From: a virus
Virus record (IMG/VR): IMGVR_UViG_3300021378_000020
Coordinates: 3,460-67,459 of that record
Length of the DNA: 64,000 nucleotides
Strand: one strand, 5' to 3'
Positions within the stretch are counted from its first letter, which is position 1, and every line of letters starts with the position of its first letter. The translations under genes were made by a program, and so were the position numbers. Below the pieces are notes generated by a model. That model had not been told where the DNA came from, made no database searches, and was given only the letters and a program-made list of their open reading frames with translations. Positions 8,622 to 17,659 of the stretch are shown here, piece by piece.

Positions 8622-9068
8622 TTAACCACCAGCTTCGAACTGCCTCCACGATATCATATTTCGAATGGTTTGATGCCGCCACTTGAGAGTATCGACGATA
8701 TTAGTTAGTGTTTCAATAAGTGTCTTATGATAGACGACCTTTTCCTCGGACTTCTGAATCTCAGGGTCTGCGTCGTAGTAGTATTCCATCTCACCTTTAA
8801 GCATACGAAGCCCATTGAAAGGGTCTAAGTCCCATCCAGTAGAAAGTATCTCTTCTTGTGACATCTTCCCGTTATAGTACAGGAACTTTTGTTTGAGTAA
8901 CGTCTTCTGGTTGTTTTCAGAACGTTTTAGTTGTAACTTGGCGAGCGCCAGATACTGTAAGTACTTCGCATGAAGCGAAGGGGTTTGGCGAGAAACTTCG
9001 TCCAGTTGATGTTGAGAAATTTCACAGTCATCCTGCCATTCCTTTAGAATGGATTCCAAATCTATCAT
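8622..9068 (-). CDS. uvsY: recombination mediator UvsY
   Basis: LESILKEWQDD...PSLHAKYL...YYDADPEI...IRNMISWRQFEAG. Confidence 0.93.
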   Translation of the reverse strand: MIDLESILKEWQDDCEISQHQLDEVSRQTPSLHAKYLQYLALAKLQLKRSENNQKTLLKQKFLYYNGKMSQEEILSTGWDLDPFNGLRMLKGEMEYYYDADPEIQKSEEKVVYHKTLIETLTNIVDTLKWRHQTIRNMISWRQFEAGG

Positions 9069-9105
9069 ATAAAAACCTTATTCATGTAAGGTATATAGTA
9101 TAACA

Positions 9106-9750
9106 CTAAGTCGTTATAAAGTCAATACAATCTTGCCAATAATGTTCGTTGGTACCTAACACGTAACTCAAAGTCATTCTATAACAGTTTGTTCTGGCTG
9201 CGTGATACACAACATCACCAGAACCATATACACCAAAATGCCCGGCCTTGAGACTCCATCCCTTCTCATCAGGGACAGTTACGAGTTCTTGAGTTTTCGG
9301 GTCAATGTACTTGAACCACCCATCACCGGTTTCCGACCAAGTGAATATTAAGTTGTGTGCCGCAGCATTAGCGTTGTTATGCCAGCCAATGAATCCTTGA
9401 GGCGGGTATAAAGTGGACAACACACTTAGTTCTAAACCAAGTTCAGTTGTCATTTTTAAGTCGAGATGCTCCCAGTTTTTCCTATACTCTTCGGGATGCG
9501 TCCCTGTATAAAATTCTGGTTTTATTGGATAACAAAAAGAATTCTCCGCCGCTCCATGATGTTTTTCACCCATACCAACAATACGATGCATCTCTTCCTC
9601 ACCAGTATAGTGGTCAGCCATGCCGAGTTGTTCTTCTTTTAATGGGCGGTTTGTTTTTTCTGGAAGATACAACTCACGGTAAGTGTACCTAAAATCCTCT
9701 AGAATGTTGATAAGTTCTTGATTTCTAATGGGGAACTTTTCTAGACTCAT
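9106..9750 (-). CDS. Fe(II)/2OG-oxygenase-like double-stranded beta-helix protein with H-x-N motif
   Basis: YPPQGFIGWHNN...VYHAA...RMTLSY; paralog of 37194-37901. Confidence 0.6.
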   Translation of the reverse strand: MSLEKFPIRNQELINILEDFRYTYRELYLPEKTNRPLKEEQLGMADHYTGEEEMHRIVGMGEKHHGAAENSFCYPIKPEFYTGTHPEEYRKNWEHLDLKMTTELGLELSVLSTLYPPQGFIGWHNNANAAAHNLIFTWSETGDGWFKYIDPKTQELVTVPDEKGWSLKAGHFGVYGSGDVVYHAARTNCYRMTLSYVLGTNEHYWQDCIDFITT

Positions 9751-10214
9751 GACAATACAAATTCCGAGAATCTAAGGGTAACGTCAAAGTTTATATATGT
9801 AACATCGCCCGTTGTAGATATAAGCTCTATTGCACCTAATTGTGTAGGTATGCAGTTTTTATAATGAATCTGTGCGCAGAAATTATTGTGACTAGTCAAA
9901 ACAATCACCTTTATGTCGTGGTGAATATTATCAACTTTACGATATACCGAATCTTCCAACCATGTCTGTACTTCTTTGTATGCAGTTAGGTCTTCGTCTA
10001 AGATTAAATTTAGAGAGAGTTCACCGTAATTAATAGTATCGCCAGGCATAGGAAGACCTTGTACTCTGGGTACAGGTATCTCAACCGCAGCAACAGACGC
10101 GCCGGGGTGACTCACTGATTGTGCAAAGAACTCCAGATTACCATAATGTTCTCGTTCGATGACAACACGGAATCCGGTAGGTTGTAAGAAGTTTTTGTTT
10201 TCTGTAAGTGCCAT
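9747..10214 (-). CDS. gp3: tail tube terminator / tail completion protein (T4 gp3)
   Basis: NFLQPTGFR...FFAQSVSHPG...PGDTINYGEL...DEDLTAYKEV; follows gp23. Confidence 0.9.
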   Translation of the reverse strand: MALTENKNFLQPTGFRVVIEREHYGNLEFFAQSVSHPGASVAAVEIPVPRVQGLPMPGDTINYGELSLNLILDEDLTAYKEVQTWLEDSVYRKVDNIHHDIKVIVLTSHNNFCAQIHYKNCIPTQLGAIELISTTGDVTYINFDVTLRFSEFVLS

Positions 10215-10236
10215 GATGTGTCCTCTTGGTTGTCTT

Positions 10237-10244
10237 TATTTATA
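10237..10244 (-). promoter_or_regulatory. T4-type late promoter upstream of gp3
   Basis: TATAAATA. Confidence 0.8.
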
Positions 10245-10249
10245 CGCAT

Positions 10250-10275
10250 AAAAAAAGGGACTCCGAAGAGTCCCT
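10250..10275 (-). terminator. intrinsic terminator after gp23
   Basis: AGGGACUC-UUCG-GAGUCCCU followed by a U-run; C(UUCG)G tetraloop. Confidence 0.9.
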
Positions 10276-10329
10276 AAAATGGCGTGGTTTAACGGGTTAG
10301 ACGCCCGCTCCATGCTCTTTTTATATATC

Positions 10330-11637
10330 TTATACAGTAACCATTAGGTTGTCTACACGGAAGATACGGTAGTACGTGTTGATTCCCGCAGTAGCAGCGA
10401 TGTTCTGCTCACCAGCTGGAGAAACAAATGGGTTAGCAGCCATACCATAACGAGTCTTGAACCCGATACGTGGTTGGAAGTCATTCTCGCCAACAGCTTT
10501 AACCATCTGTAGAGGTACGTATGGGCAGTAGAATACACCAGCGTCATATGCGTTAGCACCCTTATAACCTACAGTTACGTAGTCAGTAGTGGCATATGGG
10601 TCGATATAAACTTTCATCTTACCATTTAGAGTACCAGCAAAAGTGTTACCAGTATCGTCAACTGCAAGACCAGCGCCAACTTGATAATCCAACTGACCAG
10701 AAGCAGCAAGTGCAGTAGCAACGTCTGATGAACAGATTACGATGTTACCCTTACCACGACGAGTTGTCTTAGCAATTTCGTTCGCTTCACGATCTAATTG
10801 AATTACTAGACCCTTGAACTTCTCTGCTGACCAACGGCCATCTGCGTCTGAAGTTAGGTCGAATACACCCTTTTGTGCGATTGAAGCTTGTTGTGCACCT
10901 AGAACTGCTTGAGTGTTAACTGTACGAACTACTTCACGGTTGATTTCCGCTAGGATTTCAGTTGAAAGGATGTTCGCTAGTTCAGTTTCTGCGTCAAGAC
11001 CGTGGATTGCTTTAAGGTCTTGTGCTAGTTCTAGAGAGTATTCTGCTTTAAGTGCACGTGACTTAGCAACAACAGATTGCTTCTCGATTGAGAAACCCAT
11101 TTCTGCGAAGTCAGGGCCAGTGTTACCTAGAGATTCAGCAACAGAAGTAGCCATTGGGCGACCAGCTGCATCTAGTTCACGACCAGTTTGTGCTGCTGGA
11201 TCAAATCCAGACATACCAGAAGAGTCACCAGTTTGTGAGCTTGAAGGAGAACCAGAGAATGCTGAGTCAGCTTCGTTGAATAGTGCTTCGTCACCAGTTT
11301 GTGAAGTGTAACGTGATTTCATCGCGAAGATAAGACCAGTTGGGCCTGACATTGGCTGAACACCACAAACGTCATATGCCATTAGGTTAGGCATTGCACG
11401 ACGGACTAGAGAGATTAGAACTGGATCCCAGTTGTTTACACCAGCGCCAGTTGCGTTGGTTGGAGTTTCAGTTAGAAAACCCTGAGAAGCTGAACGTTCT
11501 TCCATCATTGCTCGTTCTTGGTTTTCTAGGATAGCAGCAGTTACTGCCTTACGGTGATGATCGGTGATTTTACCAGCTGATTCTTCGTTAAGAACTGGTG
11601 ACCACTTTTCAATCAGTGTGTCGAATGATTTGTTCAT
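10330..11637 (-). CDS. gp23: major capsid protein (T4 gp23)
   Basis: LIEKWSPVL...DPVLISLVRRAMPNL...GVQPMSGPTGLIFAM...YCPYVPLQM...FQPRIGFKTRYG; probable protease site FLTE/T. Confidence 0.99.
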   Translation of the reverse strand: MNKSFDTLIEKWSPVLNEESAGKITDHHRKAVTAAILENQERAMMEERSASQGFLTETPTNATGAGVNNWDPVLISLVRRAMPNLMAYDVCGVQPMSGPTGLIFAMKSRYTSQTGDEALFNEADSAFSGSPSSSQTGDSSGMSGFDPAAQTGRELDAAGRPMATSVAESLGNTGPDFAEMGFSIEKQSVVAKSRALKAEYSLELAQDLKAIHGLDAETELANILSTEILAEINREVVRTVNTQAVLGAQQASIAQKGVFDLTSDADGRWSAEKFKGLVIQLDREANEIAKTTRRGKGNIVICSSDVATALAASGQLDYQVGAGLAVDDTGNTFAGTLNGKMKVYIDPYATTDYVTVGYKGANAYDAGVFYCPYVPLQMVKAVGENDFQPRIGFKTRYGMAANPFVSPAGEQNIAATAGINTYYRIFRVDNLMVTV

Positions 11638-11648
11638 TTTTAGATTCC

Positions 11649-12695
11649 TTATTTCTTAGAGGTTTTTCTTAGAGCAGAGATGTAACCTTCCATCATAGAA
11701 GATACTTCAACTTCTTCTTCAGCTTCGTCTGAAACTGATTCTTCGATTTGCTCAGGGATTTCTTTTGAAAAGTATGACTCTTTAACAGTAGTTACTTTAG
11801 CAGTGAAGGTTTCTTCACTTTCAAATTCTACTGTCTCTAGAAGGTCTTTTAACTTTTCCGCTTGTGTGTCTGCAAGGCCACGAGAAGCTTCAGCGATGAT
11901 TGACTCACGCTTGTAAGTTTCTAGTTCTTCTGCAAGTGAAACTGCATCGCCAGTAGTAGAGTTTAGTTTTTCTTCTAATTCTTCTACTTGTGCTGCTAGT
12001 TCGTCAACTAGGTCTACCTTAGACTCTGGAACTTCGATGTAAGACTCTGTAAATAGGTCTTTCATCTTGTCCATGAACCCTTCAGCGATTTCGGTACGTA
12101 GACCGGAGTGGATCGCTAACTTGTTCTCTTCCATCCAAGATTCAACTACATAGTTAAGATATGAATCGACTTTACCGACTAGGTCAGTTTTGATAGATTC
12201 GACTTCTTCAGATAGTTCTTCAGAGTATTGCTCTTCAAGACGCGTGATTTCTTCTGACAACTTAGTTTTTACAGCTGCTTCAAAAATTACTGATGTCTTC
12301 TCTTTGAACTCTTCAGATAGAGTTGCTTCACCTTCAACAATTGCCGCAAGTTCAGACTGAGTGTTAGTCTCTTCTGCAATAACGTCTTCTAGGTCAGTAC
12401 CTTCCATCATCTTCGAGTAGGCTGCCGTTAGGTCGCCTTTTTTCATTTTATTTAAGGACTGGTACATCGCATTGATCATACCTGCCTTAGTTTTTGGTAA
12501 TGAAGCCTTAGAAGTTGCGTCGGCTGCTTTGTCTACTGATGCGATTGACTCTGGCTCAGATATTTCCTGTCCGTCTGTCTTTACACCCTTAGCTGCAGGA
12601 GCTTGTGCTTCTTCGAGAGTTTCCTCCACGATTTCGTTAGTTTCAACATCTGTATCGCGGATTTCAGCTTCGACTTTTTGATTAAGATCAGTCAT
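11649..12695 (-). CDS. gp22: prohead core scaffold protein (T4 gp22)
   Basis: LSEEFKEKTSVIFEAAV...KVDSYLNYVVESW; acidic coiled coil. Confidence 0.95.
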   Translation of the reverse strand: MTDLNQKVEAEIRDTDVETNEIVEETLEEAQAPAAKGVKTDGQEISEPESIASVDKAADATSKASLPKTKAGMINAMYQSLNKMKKGDLTAAYSKMMEGTDLEDVIAEETNTQSELAAIVEGEATLSEEFKEKTSVIFEAAVKTKLSEEITRLEEQYSEELSEEVESIKTDLVGKVDSYLNYVVESWMEENKLAIHSGLRTEIAEGFMDKMKDLFTESYIEVPESKVDLVDELAAQVEELEEKLNSTTGDAVSLAEELETYKRESIIAEASRGLADTQAEKLKDLLETVEFESEETFTAKVTTVKESYFSKEIPEQIEESVSDEAEEEVEVSSMMEGYISALRKTSKK

Positions 12696-12705
12696 AGATG
12701 ACTCC

Positions 12706-13365
12706 TTATAGTTTAGATTTGATTAACGAGAGGAAATTCTTGAACTCACGAATTTGCACTTCAGGTCGATGTGCAATTGGTGCTTGCTTAATTTCAGTCT
12801 CTATCTCTTCAATGACTTGAGGTTGTAGAATTCCATTATTCCATACCCAGTCGACACCTTCCATAATCCCATTAACGAAAGCTTCAGGTGCACTTGGGTC
12901 TTGTACGATATCTACCGTATTAAGAATAAAGTCTTCTTTGACGTACATGACGCCATTTTTCTGCTCAAGACTTCCCATACCACGAGTTGACACACCTAGT
13001 TGAACACCACCCTCTAAGAGACCTTTTACGATCTTACCCATAGGAGTATCCAAAATTTGTGCCTTTCCTACCACATCATTACCTTCCAATTTTAGGTCAG
13101 TGATGAGGTGAGAAACTTTATCCAAATTAACAGTTGGGCCTTCAGGGTGATTCAACTCACCTACAGCACGTTTTTTGCTAACTTGGTCTTCAACGTACTT
13201 ATCTACCGCTCGTTCCATAATGGCTCTTGGGTAGATACGTCCGTTTCTATTCTTCTTGTCTGCTTGCGCAAATACACCTTCAATAATGTAACTCTTCTCA
13301 CCATTATCTTTAGCTTCTACAATGCATTGTACATCGTTTTCTACGTATTCGCTAATCAGTTTCAT
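12706..13365 (-). CDS. gp21: prohead protease (T4 gp21)
   Basis: IEGVFAQA..KNRNGRIYP, GELNHP, GVSTRGMGS, DPSAPEAFV. Confidence 0.97.
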   Translation of the reverse strand: MKLISEYVENDVQCIVEAKDNGEKSYIIEGVFAQADKKNRNGRIYPRAIMERAVDKYVEDQVSKKRAVGELNHPEGPTVNLDKVSHLITDLKLEGNDVVGKAQILDTPMGKIVKGLLEGGVQLGVSTRGMGSLEQKNGVMYVKEDFILNTVDIVQDPSAPEAFVNGIMEGVDWVWNNGILQPQVIEEIETEIKQAPIAHRPEVQIREFKNFLSLIKSKL

Positions 13366-13366
13366 T

Positions 13367-13564
13367 TTATTTACCTAAGTCTTTGAGGACTTGCTTCGCG
13401 GTTGATTCCGCTTCTTTTTGTGACTTAAACGTGTCAACGGAATCACCATCAATAGTTAGGTAAAATCCTTTGGCAGTTTTTGTGATAACAACAGGGTAAC
13501 CAGACATCTTCTTGTTGAAGACAACTTTGTCTTTTGCTTCCCGTAAACTTTTAAATGTTTTCAC
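13367..13564 (-). CDS. small prohead core / internal head protein (gp68 position)
   Basis: N-terminus MKTFKSLREA resembles the T4 capsid-targeting sequence MKTYQEFIAE; own late promoters. Confidence 0.65.
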   Translation of the reverse strand: MKTFKSLREAKDKVVFNKKMSGYPVVITKTAKGFYLTIDGDSVDTFKSQKEAESTAKQVLKDLGK

Positions 13565-13584
13565 AATTAGTCCTCGTTTAGGAG

Positions 13585-13608
13585 TATTTATACAAAAATA
13601 TATTTATA
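13585..13608 (-). promoter_or_regulatory. tandem T4-type late promoters for the head operon
   Basis: TATAAATA at 13585-13592 and 13601-13608. Confidence 0.8.
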
Positions 13609-13616
13609 GTGAATAT

Positions 13617-13874
13617 TTATTCGGTTTCTGCCGAAAATTCTTCTTCTTCGACTTCGCTGTCCAGTATAGCATCAATCTCAGAGTCATCCATATCTACCTC
13701 AACTGGTTCTACACCGTTGAAGATTTGGTCTGCTACAGAGACCTTCTCTGCGTCTAGAGACTGTTGCATCTTGTCATCTAGGATACCATTAAACAACTTT
13801 TCTGCATTATTAAAGTCTCCACCCTGAAGGGCGTTGACAAAATCTAGTGCTGGGTTTGCTTCTACTTCACTCAT
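13617..13874 (-). CDS. acidic prohead core protein (gp67-like)
   Basis: Small, very acidic, directly after the portal gene. Confidence 0.7.
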   Translation of the reverse strand: MSEVEANPALDFVNALQGGDFNNAEKLFNGILDDKMQQSLDAEKVSVADQIFNGVEPVEVDMDDSEIDAILDSEVEEEEFSAETE

Positions 13875-13876
13875 TA

Positions 13877-15379
13877 TTAAATTTCCTCTTCTTCGTTTCC
13901 GCCATTTTCGTTCTCGGCTTCAACTTGTTTTGACATATTTTCTATGTCTTCATCATTAAACATCATTACGTTTTTCATTACCCACTCGCGTGAGAAGTAT
14001 TCACCGACGTAACTAGAAATTTGATCCATTGTCTGTAGACGTTCACGTAGTAGTTCTGCGTCTTTTAATTCAGAAAAATGGTTGTCTCTAGAGAAGTCGA
14101 CTTGAATTTGGTGCTTCCATGCTTCCCAGTCTTGCTCCGTACAAACACCTTTTAGGATAAGTTGCTTCTTGAGGATACCCAAGAACAAGTGTCCAAACTT
14201 ACTACGTAGACGGTCGATGAACTTCTGGAACTTCACCTCATCGCGGTTAATTTCTGTAGACCTACCCAGAGAGAACTGCGACTCTTGTTCTAGACGGTTA
14301 AGCGGAACATTCAAAGAACGATACAACTTCTTTTGGAAATAAATGATATCGTCAATCTGTCCTAAATTCTCACCGCCAGGTAGAGTACTTATCTCTGTAC
14401 CACGACCACCTTCTCGACGTGGTAACCAGAAGTCCTCTAGCATAGACATATGCTTTCGGTCATCTTTGATTTCACCACTATTCGCATCGTAAACAATTTT
14501 GTTACGGTATCGGGACATGATGTCTTTTAAATGTTGTTCCGCTTTACCCTTCGGTAAGTTACCCACGTCAATATAGAAGATACGACGTTCAGGTGCACGT
14601 GCCATACGATAGATGACCAAAGAGTCTTCCATCATACGCAATTGGTTTACTGGTTTCATCGCCTTCTGTAGATACGACAGTACACGTTTCTTACTGGTAT
14701 CCAGAAGACCTGAAGTGACATACGAAATCGAATCCGGAGTTAGCTTGATACCATTATTAGCACCCGCTCGCTCTTGATAGATGTAGAAGTCGTTGGTTTT
14801 ATCAACAATCTTCGCACCTGTCTTGGAATCTTTTTTGTATTGCACCTCTTTGACTTTACGAACCTTGGTTGCATCGATAGGACGGACTTCTTGAATACCC
14901 GCCTTCATGTTTGATTCGTTTACTACTAGGTGATGATATAATCTTCCGTCAACGTACCACGAACGGAATATGTCGTGACCATATTCTTCAAAGTTCAACA
15001 TGTTAACTACATTATCAAACTCTTCGGTGATGGTCTTTTTGATTTTGTTTGGTGCATCAACCTTATCTAGGTTAACAGAAACAGAACTTTCTAGCTCAGA
15101 CGAAACGATTGCTTCGTTGATGATGTCTTCAATCGCAGCATCACACTCTGGGTGTTCTGCCATGTTGCGATACTTTTTAATTAGTTCTTGATTGTCCTTT
15201 GCGGCAGTACCTTCCATATCGACGTACTGACCAAAGTAAGAACCTGAGGCCGTGACGTATCCAGCACCATCTTCGTCTACCTTTGGTACGATAGAAGAAA
15301 CCTTTTCGCTTTCATTGTTTTTGTTTTGAACTTTTTTTATCTCAAAACCAAATGCTTTAAATACGCTGTTATCTGCCAT
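13877..15379 (-). CDS. gp20: portal protein (T4 gp20)
   Basis: HPECDAAIEDIINE, WYVDGR, NQLRMMEDSLVIYR..RAPERRIFYIDVGNLPK, EDFWLPRREGGRGTEI. Confidence 0.99.
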   Translation of the reverse strand: MADNSVFKAFGFEIKKVQNKNNESEKVSSIVPKVDEDGAGYVTASGSYFGQYVDMEGTAAKDNQELIKKYRNMAEHPECDAAIEDIINEAIVSSELESSVSVNLDKVDAPNKIKKTITEEFDNVVNMLNFEEYGHDIFRSWYVDGRLYHHLVVNESNMKAGIQEVRPIDATKVRKVKEVQYKKDSKTGAKIVDKTNDFYIYQERAGANNGIKLTPDSISYVTSGLLDTSKKRVLSYLQKAMKPVNQLRMMEDSLVIYRMARAPERRIFYIDVGNLPKGKAEQHLKDIMSRYRNKIVYDANSGEIKDDRKHMSMLEDFWLPRREGGRGTEISTLPGGENLGQIDDIIYFQKKLYRSLNVPLNRLEQESQFSLGRSTEINRDEVKFQKFIDRLRSKFGHLFLGILKKQLILKGVCTEQDWEAWKHQIQVDFSRDNHFSELKDAELLRERLQTMDQISSYVGEYFSREWVMKNVMMFNDEDIENMSKQVEAENENGGNEEEEI

Positions 15380-15396
15380 AAAAACCTCTTAATAAT

Positions 15397-15421
15397 AAAA
15401 GGGGGGTGGAGAACCACCCCC
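15397..15421 (-). terminator. intrinsic terminator after gp19
   Basis: GGGGGUGG-UUCU-CCACCCCC followed by CUUUU. Confidence 0.8.
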
Positions 15422-15442
15422 ATAGTACTACTTATAATACCA

Positions 15443-15967
15443 TTAACTAGTGGTATCTGACTCCCAATATTGAACTTGGAATTCTACTGTAAACTCTTCG
15501 ACTGTATCATTGGTTTCATAACTTAGGTCGATTGCCGAAATATTTGTCGGGAAACAACCACGGAAGTTATATGTCTTCAACACTGAACCATCTTTGTCCA
15601 ACTGATCAACAATTAAGTCAGCTTGGTAAGCAACAGGATTAGTGATACCCGTGTTGGCACTGTGACCATTCATACCGTTCATCCACTTTTCCATGGCGTT
15701 ACGTGTAGCGAAATCAGTATCGTTGATTACTGTAACTGTCCAAGGTTCAAATGTACGGTCGCCCGCAATCTTCAACTGTCGTCCACGGAAAGGAACTTCA
15801 ATGACAGCCATAATTGATGCTGGTAGTTGTGCGCCTTTACACATGAAAGAAGTCAACTCTGCATTACCGCCAGCGTATGCTGGGAAGTTAACTGTTGCAC
15901 GGAATAAATTGGGACGTGCACCACCACCCTTTAATTTTGCTTTAAAATCGTCTACTCTTAATGACAT
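15443..15967 (-). CDS. gp19: tail tube protein (T4 gp19)
   Basis: GGARPNLF, IEVPFRGRQLKIAGDRTFEPWTVT, EEFTVEFQVQYW. Confidence 0.97.
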   Translation of the reverse strand: MSLRVDDFKAKLKGGGARPNLFRATVNFPAYAGGNAELTSFMCKGAQLPASIMAVIEVPFRGRQLKIAGDRTFEPWTVTVINDTDFATRNAMEKWMNGMNGHSANTGITNPVAYQADLIVDQLDKDGSVLKTYNFRGCFPTNISAIDLSYETNDTVEEFTVEFQVQYWESDTTS

Positions 15968-15969
15968 GA

Positions 15970-17571
15970 TTATACTCCTGCTGTGCCGACGACTTCTTCA
16001 AAGTCAACACCAGTTCTTACAGCCACGAAGTTTAAAGTTACGTAGTTGATTGAACGTGCTGGTTTGATGAAGCAACTTGCGATGAATTCGTTGCGGTCAA
16101 TAACTTCTCCGGTATTGTTTGTTTCGTCACAAACAACACGGAAGTCGGTGATACCACGACGACCTTGAATTTCCCGTAGGAATGGTTCTACAATGTTCAC
16201 GAATTCTGCACGAGTAAACTCATCGTTGAATTCGAACATTACGTTTTCGCCAGCTTTGCTGATAGCTCTTTCGATAACCAAGAATAGTCGACGTACGTTG
16301 ATTCGGTCGAATGCTGATGGGCGAGACATGTGAGTCTTGTCACCAAACAGTAGGACACCCTGGCCAGGAATACTAACAATCGGATTAATACCTTTCTTGT
16401 ATAGTTTATCACGCTCTGTTTTGTTAGGATTGATCAACAGTTCGGTGACACCCAGATACTGTCCACGTCGTGAACCTGCTGGTGAGAACCAAGGTGCAGA
16501 GACTGCGTCCGCCGCTGCCATAACACCTGCTGTTGAAGATGCCGCTGGAATGAACTCGTACTTATCTTCGTCTTTGTTATACACTTTAATCCAGTTACCG
16601 TCAACGACCAAGTAAGATGAATTTTCATTAAGTGTGTCGATGTATGCTATCATAGCATCAACATTTCCCGAAGTCGGAGAAATTACTGCAACACAATCCT
16701 TACGAGAAGTAGCAACCATAAGAAGTTGTTCGTGTATCGTTTGCGCTAAGTCTTGACCACCAGCTGGTGGGATTAGGAAATCTATCTGGATAGCTTCCTT
16801 GTTTAAGAAAGCATCATACGCAGGGACATATGCGGTTTTTGTTTCGAGGGGAGTTCCGTCAGAACCTGTTCCGGTACCAACACCCGCGCCAAGTGGGTTA
16901 TCGAAATTAAACGTTCCTGCCGCTGGGACACCAGAAGCCGTAACCCAAGAAGAACTTGTAGTAATAACGTCATTGACGAAGTTATTAGTTCCGTTATCGT
17001 TTTTAGCATTAGGGTCAGTGGAAACAAATTCGTATGTTTCGACAACTTCACCTAATTCTTCAGGTGATACATATCCTAGAGTTACGATGACATGAAGTTC
17101 GTCACCTTGTGGAGCTGTTGTGAAGTAGCCTTCGAAGTCCCAACCAGTAAATGTCGATGAATCAGCTACGGATACTGTAATTGTGTTACCGAGAGAACCG
17201 AAGTACTTTGCTTCGAAAATACCTGCTGCAGCTTTTCTGTAGCCAGGGTATGCCGGAGTTACTTGAGTTCCATCAGAGTCTAGAACTTCGTCTATGTCTG
17301 GTCGATCTGCGCGAATTATAAATGCGCTTGAAGAGTATTTTAGGAAGTACGAGGCAGAAAGAAAATCTCCTGCATATGCATCTCCTGCTAGCGGGGATCC
17401 AAAAGTAGACGCCAATTCGGTTTCGTTACCGATTAAGATTGGTGTGTTTATTGGGCCCCAATTAAATTCGCCTACAATAGCACCAGTAGTAGAAGTGACC
17501 GCAGGCACAATGCCCGTTAGGTCAATTTCTTTTACTGTTACTGCTGGAGACTCTGAAGATAATAGAGTCAT
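15970..17571 (-). CDS. gp18: tail sheath protein (T4 gp18), compact 533-aa form
   Basis: SPAVTVKEIDLT, WGP, PWFSPAG..RG, SAFDRINVRRLF, KPARSINYVTLNF. Confidence 0.97.
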   Translation of the reverse strand: MTLLSSESPAVTVKEIDLTGIVPAVTSTTGAIVGEFNWGPINTPILIGNETELASTFGSPLAGDAYAGDFLSASYFLKYSSSAFIIRADRPDIDEVLDSDGTQVTPAYPGYRKAAAGIFEAKYFGSLGNTITVSVADSSTFTGWDFEGYFTTAPQGDELHVIVTLGYVSPEELGEVVETYEFVSTDPNAKNDNGTNNFVNDVITTSSSWVTASGVPAAGTFNFDNPLGAGVGTGTGSDGTPLETKTAYVPAYDAFLNKEAIQIDFLIPPAGGQDLAQTIHEQLLMVATSRKDCVAVISPTSGNVDAMIAYIDTLNENSSYLVVDGNWIKVYNKDEDKYEFIPAASSTAGVMAAADAVSAPWFSPAGSRRGQYLGVTELLINPNKTERDKLYKKGINPIVSIPGQGVLLFGDKTHMSRPSAFDRINVRRLFLVIERAISKAGENVMFEFNDEFTRAEFVNIVEPFLREIQGRRGITDFRVVCDETNNTGEVIDRNEFIASCFIKPARSINYVTLNFVAVRTGVDFEEVVGTAGV

Positions 17572-17638
17572 GATAGTGTCCTTTTTTAGTTAAGGTATAA
17601 TAAGTTAAACATAATACGGAGAATTCTTTCAATGTATC

Positions 17639-17646
17639 TATTTATA
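17639..17646 (-). promoter_or_regulatory. T4-type late promoter upstream of gp18
   Basis: TATAAATA. Confidence 0.8.
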
Positions 17647-17659
17647 CTTTTGTGAAAGT

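Noticed and set aside
10281-10315. Extra hairpin between the gp23 stop and its terminator
   Set aside because: Short, imperfect pairing that is not distinguishable from chance.
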